DNA of 64,000 nucleotides from Candidatus Bathyarchaeota archaeon (lineage in GTDB: Archaea > Thermoproteota > Bathyarchaeia > 40CM-2-53-6 > RBG-13-38-9), in contig CAWECG010000003.1 in assembly GCA_963807605.1 (NCBI GenBank), positions 320,001 through 384,000 of the forward strand, written 5' to 3'. A model generated the notes under the pieces. It was given only the letters and a program-made list of their open reading frames with translations, had not been told where the DNA came from and did no database searches. The translations under genes and the position numbers were made by a program. Each line of letters begins with the position of its first letter. Positions within the stretch are counted from its first letter, which is position 1. This document shows positions 59,401 through 64,000 of this stretch, piece by piece.

Positions 59401-60085
59401 CAAGCAATTCCACGGTTTGGAGTAAGAATGAGCGTTGAAAATCGATCCAAGCTCGGCTATATTGCGGATTTTTGATGATTTCAGCCAGTGACGTCTCTAG
59501 GTTTTGCAGGAGGTTGTCCTTTAGGAAGTTGCGCAAGCCTTGGGGCATGGTCTGTACGCCACCCCAGGTGAGCAGCATCTGTTCAGTTAAGCGCCACTGC
59601 GACTCTTCTGCGTCTTCTCCATTTGCCATTGTCAGAATTTCATTGAGCTTCAAATCTCCCAAAAAGAACTCGTCGAGTGTCTGCTCATCGTGTTTAGCTT
59701 GCTTCAACTTGTTAAGCCATACGTCAAAGAGGCGCTCCTCCATATCGGTGAGCCGCTTGCTTCGAACCAAGCGCTTTTTGACTCCTTGCTTGGCTCGAAA
59801 TTCTTTTCGCTTGTTTCTGATTGCCATTGATAGAGCTGCTGCCATGGCTCGTTGAATATCATGATTTGGGGGTACCGAAATCTCCTTGGCAAGATCTTCA
59901 ACAAGATCGGCAGAGATTCCGCTGAAGATGCCGGCACCTGCTTGGGCATAGCCTTCTATTATCATGCTCAGTGCTCCACCAGCCAAATTGCCCAAGATGC
60001 TGCCGATGGGACCGACAGCTGCAGCGCAACTCACTGAAGCGATCAATCTGAGCGCATTTCGAAAGGAGTAATGCACAGATCTCAC
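53411..60085 (-). CDS. NACHT/STAND NTPase with ~1300-aa TPR-like solenoid (NLR/Avs-like architecture)
   Basis: FVGRE, Walker A SPAGGGKS, CYHF, Walker B IIVDGLDE, GLAIY (GxP-like), many 33/40-aa 'A.QIDD...R..AL..IA..QA..G....A' repeats. Confidence 0.85.
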   Translation of the reverse strand: MRSVHYSFRNALRLIASVSCAAAVGPIGSILGNLAGGALSMIIEGYAQAGAGIFSGISADLVEDLAKEISVPPNHDIQRAMAAALSMAIRNKRKEFRAKQGVKKRLVRSKRLTDMEERLFDVWLNKLKQAKHDEQTLDEFFLGDLKLNEILTMANGEDAEESQWRLTEQMLLTWGGVQTMPQGLRNFLKDNLLQNLETSLAEIIKNPQYSRAWIDFQRSFLLQTVELLDKLKIRLTDLTEEQRQEFDELKLRLNTLATVPSLLAQLAQSVVQLLSLVHEGISRMEEISHERSEALNRIAHTIEDLKELTSGRFIQEGETVEYRRRQHDERVLRELTERTPFVGREDSIFRLNQFVLSGTGYLLTTSPAGGGKSSLMAHWLNSLASQKNDLKMCYHFLSSKWGTEDFNGFLACLSEQLLRVHNMTGEIWESEPLKLRAIITSVLSNPHPSRLVIIVDGLDEARDAQHPGEFAFRKGLFPETLGENSVVIFTARATEGEATTRKLCDQLGLQSMKNFLLPELGAAAVKELLLISGNERLKTKAEDAAFVSQLLKITGGLAIYLRHLTEELKQTNEQHWREIIDKLPSKFEDFVAQIANAGKVRQEWDEALCILAFAKSRLSESDLMELTGLRKRDFVSLPWEVRRWLTIERENNLNFYFYSHSAIAEGYRRYAFSERDAQSYRQKLLEYCANWRESKSSYAMRHYAEHLLEENQIDALYKLARDNAFASAQKETLIDEPTVTLRTIQMALVAAIRSDDAASMVEFSILHARQKLGTTEETPLQALRMGNLQRAWQLADLLEIEYCSLWYLLLAWALKEKRLNNQAIQTLERLSLKELTSLSGWQGLCAFCLLLKLHDIQSDVISELVKSLLGDLQSSTNTKYLSTPALFGKAVKLARIAHEESWQASALHSIVVAHIKEGKLEEAIATIDQADDEPARELAFESVTKAYIEKMEFERAIATAGRIDSKEPRVSTLVKIAKAQTGSGQKEEAHKVLEEAIANAKQIDDKRSRASAIADIAKALAALGRKEEARELLEEAIAAVRQLLDTAEGTMTLADVTEAMVELGEGEVAGSFLLKALANAKQIDDKRSRASAIADIAKALAALGRKEEARELLEEAIGTAKQIHDKWKRSSALSSIVDTQAEMGEFKQAITTAKQIEDDWRRGWALAGIAETEAREGKFDQAIAAVSQIDNQMVWASSLPSVFASIARMLMKKGDVGHAITLAKQIDNEWHRAFALTGIAEAQFRMGEFKQAITTAKQIEDLTKRASAIADIAKALAALGRKEEARELLEEAIGTAKQIHDKWKRSSALSSIVDTQAEMGEFKQAITTAKQIDSVERSSALQSVILAQLRRDEFEQAITYAREINDEQKRVSIQASILESIVKIQLERDEFEQAMVTAAQIDDVQERSSAFESIVEDQIRRGEFKQATTTASRIEKGVIRVRALAEIAKAQTGSGQNEEAHKVLEEAIANAKQIDDKDSQVFAFAEIAKAQARTGQKEEAHKILQEAIATAKQIDDVHSGNLIFQNLAWAQAEIGESEQAIAFAKEMGSQQDLTLLFMAQAQAERGEIEQAIVTAKQIDAQLEKSSALGDIVEVLVKKGEFPQAITIAKQENRAEGRIFARRAILESIARAQADRGEIEQAIATTRQAADRWETVSYLARIAGSETRKHQKEMVDRLLKEAIKIEEMIDRAPWRVSALKKIATAQIKVGKFEQVIMTLERINGDKGRASAIDAISNSLAELDHKVGTRELLEEVIATAKQIKNDGERGWALATIAVAQAKSGQKEAANRLLEEAITITERIDDMRSRVVALSFVAVAQARLDQKDGAHRLLEKASSIAKNIDDASSRDSALTIIAIAQAETDELSQASSTTAIIENEPQRAASLASIAAAQAKAGQKEAARESIEEVASIEKHIGDEWIRTFTLKNIVVALNRMNEFARAVDTANQIDDATSRVLTLTDIAVAQAKSGQKEAANRLLEEAITIAKQISAAWSHAEALADIACAQAELNRKDDAHRFLGEATAITESMDGVLSRLSALVDIAVAQAKSGQKEAANRLLEEAITNAKRTGDLERLLIFKDIIRAQAEIGPYEQAIIIAKQEHIFGQSSFEPIVEAYVRKGEFEQAINAAKHMDDEMFRVPALAEIARAQATRGLVEEALLTTGNILTDRATHLVRVAEAVAETGNREKFKLLLMPCAQYLEAADVVCSLLVKFYPEQVTKVAQILH
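56088..56821. repeat. Intragenic exact duplication: 56088-56293 repeated at 56616-56821 (offset 528)
   Basis: Identical DNA and peptide (RASAIADIAKALAALGRKEEARELLEEAIGTAKQIHDKWKRSSALSSIVDTQAEMGEFKQAITTAKQI); a further ~100-bp copy at offset 240. Confidence 0.85.
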
Positions 60086-60250
60086 CTTCTATCCAGAAAC
60101 TGCCCTTATAGCTGCACTGCGATATTTCGCAGTTCTAGAATAAAACTCATGACTCTTTTCATGACATATAAAACAATGGCTCTCACTATCCGTGCTAGAG
60201 CCCGCCAGACGGCATAGGCGAAAATGGCACACCTTCTGATATGGAGAACT

Positions 60251-60289
60251 CGACGGGATACTAGCCCGCGATAACGCAAGGGTTCAACT
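60251..60289. repeat. Family-A repeat, copy 3
   Basis: CGACGGGATACTAGCCCGCGATAACGCAAGGGTTCAACT. Confidence 0.9.
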
Positions 60290-60303
60290 ACCAGAGTGTC
60301 CAT

Positions 60304-61020
60304 TCACTTGGAGCTTCCAGATAAACCTCGGTTAAGGTCGCTTCGTTGTCTCATTTCTTGGAACAATCTAGTCCTTTTGAGATCAGATATATGTGGGATG
60401 ATGGCATCAACGTAATTTTGACTGTTTTCAACAATACATCGTAGTCTCTCTTCGACTAGAATAGATCTCATGTTAAGAATTGCACCGCCAAGTATGTCAG
60501 TTCTTATCTTGTCGCCAACAACGACCGCATTTTGCGGCGTGATTTTGAGCTTGTCTAAAGCCAGTTTGAAGATTCTTGGGTCTGGTTTCAAATATCCTAC
60601 GTCACACGAAAAAATAATTACTTCAAATCGTTCCCGGAGTTCTAATAAGTCCAATATATAGTGGCTGGTGGGCGGGGTATTTGAAATTAGGGCTAATTTC
60701 ATTCCTTCGCCGCGCAAATCGTCGAGGATTTCCGATGCCCCAGGCTCAAGCTTAGCATGTTGGACGCTATTCATCCAAGCTGTTTGAACTTTGTGGCTGA
60801 GAGCCGCATCCCCCATTGGATTTACAACTCGATCGAAACGTTTTAGGAAATCTTGCATATTCTGTCTCGGGAATTTGTCGCAGAGTCTGTATATCACAGA
60901 CCTTACTTGTTCTGTACTAGCATACTCAAGAAGTTCAGCCAGACAGCGCTCCTCGTCAAATTCGTCCGGAATTGACATCAAAGTATTCCCAAGATCGAAT
61001 ATCCAAGCGGAGATTCCCAT
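60304..61020 (-). CDS. HAD-superfamily hydrolase
   Basis: FDLGNTL, ISNT, KPDPRIF, VGD...TDI.G. Confidence 0.9.
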   Translation of the reverse strand: MGISAWIFDLGNTLMSIPDEFDEERCLAELLEYASTEQVRSVIYRLCDKFPRQNMQDFLKRFDRVVNPMGDAALSHKVQTAWMNSVQHAKLEPGASEILDDLRGEGMKLALISNTPPTSHYILDLLELRERFEVIIFSCDVGYLKPDPRIFKLALDKLKITPQNAVVVGDKIRTDILGGAILNMRSILVEERLRCIVENSQNYVDAIIPHISDLKRTRLFQEMRQRSDLNRGLSGSSK

Positions 61021-61021
61021 A

Positions 61022-62185
61022 TCACCATCTTCCTGCTAGATTGGTCTTGAAAATAAACCTCATCACTCGCATTGTTGCACGTTCGATAAGTTGACGAGCG
61101 TTTGTTATCGATTCTTCAAGTGAAATGGGGCCCTCAGAAATACATTCCACTGCGTCAATTCCATTATAGAAGATGTCCTCATGATCAAGAGCTATCGAGC
61201 CGACGATGGCTATCACGGGCAAGTCATATTTCTTTGCCTTAAGTGCAACTCCGCAAGCAATCTTGCCAGTCGCAGTCCGGTCATCGATTCGACCTTCTCC
61301 TGTTAGGACAAGGTCTGTTTGAGACAGATAACGGTCTAGATGAACATATTGGTCTACTACATCTATGCTGTAGAGGAGACGTGCACCAAAAAAAGCATAT
61401 AGTGACGCTGCAAGTCCTCCCGCACCTCCCGCCCCCGGGATAAAAGACAGATCAATCCCGCGTTCCTTGAAGACCAAATCAACGAAATGGTCCACTCCTC
61501 CAGATAAGAGGGACACTTGTTTTGGAGTGGCTCCTTTCTGAGGAGCATAGACTCGGCTGGTTCCCTCGGGTCCACATAGGATGCTAGTTAGGTTACATGC
61601 CACAGTGATCTCTACGTCAGAAAGCTTCTTGGCAGCATCAGCATAATCAATTCGCATTACATTGTTCAGATCAGATCCTGTCGGGAAGCTCAACGGCCTT
61701 GCACTTCTATTAGAATAGAATTTGACACCAAGTGCAGTCGCGCACCCAATGCCGCAGTCATTTGTAGCGCTATCTCCACATCCAACAATAATTCTTCTTG
61801 CACCGCCTTCGATTGCTTTGCTAATTAGCTGTCCAACCCCAAAGGTAGATGTCAGAAGTGGATCACGTTTGTTCCTCGGGACGAGAGATAATCCAGCAGC
61901 AGTTGCGCTCTCGACTATTGCTGATTCTCCATCTCCCAAAAATCCAAAATAGGAGTCTATCTCTTCTCCGAGCGGATCCTTTACTTTAACATTTTCTAGG
62001 CGTCCTCCTGTAACCTCTGTCAGGAGTCTCGCTATGCCAGAGCCTCCGTCAGAAAGTGGTCGGACAGTTACAGAGGCAGTAGGAACGATCTCCTCCACGC
62101 CGGTCTTCATTGCCTTGGCGACTTCGAAGGAACTGAGGCATTCTTTGTAGGGTCCAGGTGCAACAAGAATGTTAGAAAGATCCAT
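61022..62185 (-). CDS. glxK: Glycerate kinase, class I (GlxK/GarK family)
   Basis: APG.YKECLS, PLSDGG.G, ESA.AAGL, ST.GVGQLI, G.SATND.G.G, LCGPEG..RVYAPQKGA, GAGGAGG, TGEGRID..T..GK. Confidence 0.88.
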   Translation of the reverse strand: MDLSNILVAPGPYKECLSSFEVAKAMKTGVEEIVPTASVTVRPLSDGGSGIARLLTEVTGGRLENVKVKDPLGEEIDSYFGFLGDGESAIVESATAAGLSLVPRNKRDPLLTSTFGVGQLISKAIEGGARRIIVGCGDSATNDCGIGCATALGVKFYSNRSARPLSFPTGSDLNNVMRIDYADAAKKLSDVEITVACNLTSILCGPEGTSRVYAPQKGATPKQVSLLSGGVDHFVDLVFKERGIDLSFIPGAGGAGGLAASLYAFFGARLLYSIDVVDQYVHLDRYLSQTDLVLTGEGRIDDRTATGKIACGVALKAKKYDLPVIAIVGSIALDHEDIFYNGIDAVECISEGPISLEESITNARQLIERATMRVMRFIFKTNLAGRW

Positions 62186-62187
62186 AT

Positions 62188-62952
62188 CTACTGTCGATCC
62201 ATGTGTTTGACAACAAACTTCTCTGCGTCATCAAAGTCAGACGGGACATTGATGTTACACACAGGAATATCGACAATCCGAGAATAGACTGTAATACCCG
62301 AAAGAACCATTGCCTTGAGTATCAAGATCCATCCAGTTTGAAATGGCTTCAAATTATCTGGCACACTGTCCTTTGTTATGGGTTTAGGCAATATCTTCCT
62401 TATTTTTGCAAGGGATCGTTTTGTCAAAATTAGTAATACACGTTCAAAACTAGTTTGTGTGTCTTTCTTGTTGATATCGTTTAGGCAATTGTCCTTAACA
62501 ATGAACTCCCATTTCTTGTGGCCAGGTTTTGGGAGCTCAACAAACAGGGCTGTATCATGCTTCTCGTTCTTAGAGAAGTCGCTCAGGACTTCCCTGACAG
62601 CTCTTTTTGGCACAAGAACATCTGAGCTCATTCCAAGGAATGCTTCCGCAGAGTCCTCTTCTGCCACTTCAAAGACTGATTCTGCCATCGTCCTATTTGG
62701 CAAGTTGCGGAATTCGACATTATCTCTTTCGAAGAAGGCACGTATGAGCTCGCCTTTGTAGTCAATTGCGATTATTGGTCTCAACATTCCGGTGCCCAAT
62801 AACGAGTTAAGTGCGTACCAAAGGATTGGCCTTCCGCTCACTGGTAACAGTGGTTTAGGAAGGTCGTAGGTTCTCGGTCTAAGCCGGGTGCCAAGACCAC
62901 CCGCCAAAACAATAGGGCGTATCTTGTTCCCAGTATGCTTGCCTACTGTCAT
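62188..62952 (-). CDS. Nucleotidyltransferase (NTP_transferase family)
   Basis: VLAGGLGTRLRP.T..LPKPLLPV.GRP, SSD, C-terminal NIN.P.D. Confidence 0.85.
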   Translation of the reverse strand: MTVGKHTGNKIRPIVLAGGLGTRLRPRTYDLPKPLLPVSGRPILWYALNSLLGTGMLRPIIAIDYKGELIRAFFERDNVEFRNLPNRTMAESVFEVAEEDSAEAFLGMSSDVLVPKRAVREVLSDFSKNEKHDTALFVELPKPGHKKWEFIVKDNCLNDINKKDTQTSFERVLLILTKRSLAKIRKILPKPITKDSVPDNLKPFQTGWILILKAMVLSGITVYSRIVDIPVCNINVPSDFDDAEKFVVKHMDRQ

Positions 62953-63626
62953 AGTTCCATTTCTTCACCAAAACCTAAGACACAAGCCTTGATTCCGTAT
63001 CTGTTTGCCTTCTCTGCAAATTCCTTTGGATCAACTCGATCTTTGTCTTTGGGTGAATCGTAGTGTAGCGGAATTACTAACAATGGTTTTAGCTCGCTAG
63101 CAAATACGAGCGCATCGTCAATCCCCATCACCACTCCACGGTCAGATATGGGCACAAAAAGATATTTCGTCCGAGTTTCCTCAGGAAGCAGCGATGGGTC
63201 CATGAATCGAGTGTCGCTTGTATAGTAAATACTGGTCCCATCTGCCGATATGACCAAACCAAAATTGGCTATATTCTCGCCCCTTACTACGTGGTCGGTC
63301 TTTGTCGCTGTAAGGGTGAATCCTGCCTCCACAATCTTAGTTCCTTCCACTATCACTTTTGAGTCTATTCCTTCATTATGCAAAATCTTGTCGATTTCCG
63401 AATTTGTGAGGATTACAGGCTTACTCCTGGACAAGATTGACTTTAACAACTCGAGGTCGAAATGATCAGCATGCTTGTGGGTAATTGCAATTACATCTGC
63501 AATTGGGAAATCTTTTGAAGTCACCCTACCTGGATCTAAGTTATACTTGCCTGGATCAATCAAGAGTCGTCTGCCCGTTTGCGCAGTGAGCAGAACGGTG
63601 CTTTGTGCAAGCCGCCTAAGTTTCAA
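62949..63626 (-). CDS. MBL-fold metal-dependent hydrolase (UPF0173/UlaG-like)
   Basis: LIDPG, THKHADH, H, YYTSDT, P....VM....A......P..VIPLHY. Confidence 0.85.
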   Translation of the reverse strand: MKLRRLAQSTVLLTAQTGRRLLIDPGKYNLDPGRVTSKDFPIADVIAITHKHADHFDLELLKSILSRSKPVILTNSEIDKILHNEGIDSKVIVEGTKIVEAGFTLTATKTDHVVRGENIANFGLVISADGTSIYYTSDTRFMDPSLLPEETRTKYLFVPISDRGVVMGIDDALVFASELKPLLVIPLHYDSPKDKDRVDPKEFAEKANRYGIKACVLGFGEEMEL

Positions 63627-63811
63627 GTATTGACCCCCTTTCCATCATGCCTGTTATTAATCTGTGCACTGAAGTTCATATAACTTTAGCATAGCTCTTC
63701 GTCTCGACCTCTCGTCTTTTCATCCTGTATTGTACATAAGCTCAAAGAGATTGAGTCAGAAAAGCCAAATTAGTAGAGAAGCTGTTCGAGTTCTTCACAT
63801 GTCATGTTTCA

Positions 63812-63881
63812 GGGGGGTACTAACCCGCGATAACGCATGGGTTTAACTTCTGAATCTGAAGTCATCGGAGCAACGCGCGCG
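63812..63881. repeat. Family-A repeat, copy 4 (long form)
   Basis: GGGGGGTACTAACCCGCGATAACGCATGGGTTTAAC plus TTCTGAATCTGAAGTCATCGGAGCAACGCGCGCG. Confidence 0.9.
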
Positions 63882-64000
63882 TAACTTCTTCCTTAACGAT
63901 CCCACATCACTTCTTTTCGTTCAGATAAACCTCTTTTCATCATTATCTTAATATCAATAGGAAAAGAAACACTACGATTGAGAAAATTGATTTCGCCTAA

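Noticed and set aside
1559-63465. Numerous short ORFs antisense to or overlapping the called genes
   Set aside because: They are shadow frames of well-supported genes, with no motifs of their own.
49865-63881. Family-A repeats as a CRISPR array
   Set aside because: Spacing is 3-7 kb with whole genes between copies, and no cas genes are present.
49865-63881. Family-A repeats as canonical integron attC or Xer dif sites
   Set aside because: The AAC...GTT span is only ~30 bp (attC is about 55 bp or more), there is no intI in the window, and the dif ATAA-N6-TTAT symmetry lacks the TTAT arm. Kept only as an analogy.

Overview
Archaeal DNA, most consistent with a Bathyarchaeia/TACK lineage (inferred from TBP, archaeal TrpRS, frequent TTG/GTG starts and BHB-intron tRNAs with encoded CCA). 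Bases 1 to ~34.7 kb are mostly housekeeping and metabolic genes (trpS, FrhB-like, lipA, tbp, ArsS-like and Ahb-like radical SAMs, split Liv ABC transporter, AlaX, thiL, modB, CBS+HPF-like protein, aspartate kinase, JAMM, cutA, UPF0182). This part also has three intron-containing tRNAs (Pro 37/38, Thr 8/9, Leu 29/30). From ~36.5 kb to the end is an accessory island organised by two families of short non-coding repeats. Family B (4 copies, ~60-90 bp, best copies running into a tRNA-Arg/Lys 3' fragment) separates modules: a Panacea/PIN TA pair; a double radical-SAM operon with LLM and ExoIII genes; Mre11/Rad50; and a final module. Family A (4 copies, ~35 bp, invariant CCCGCGATAAC core) sits between every gene or operon of the final module: two STAND-type ATPase/repeat proteins and a 4-gene glycerate-kinase operon, resembling a gene-cassette array. 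The best novelty candidates are (i) this cassette array and (ii) tRNA-Thr(CGU) with a perfect BHB intron at 8/9 plus a leader-encoded duplicate of the acceptor-stem 5' strand. No integrase, transposase, CRISPR array or rRNA is visible. All family assignments come from motif recognition by eye; no searches were run.
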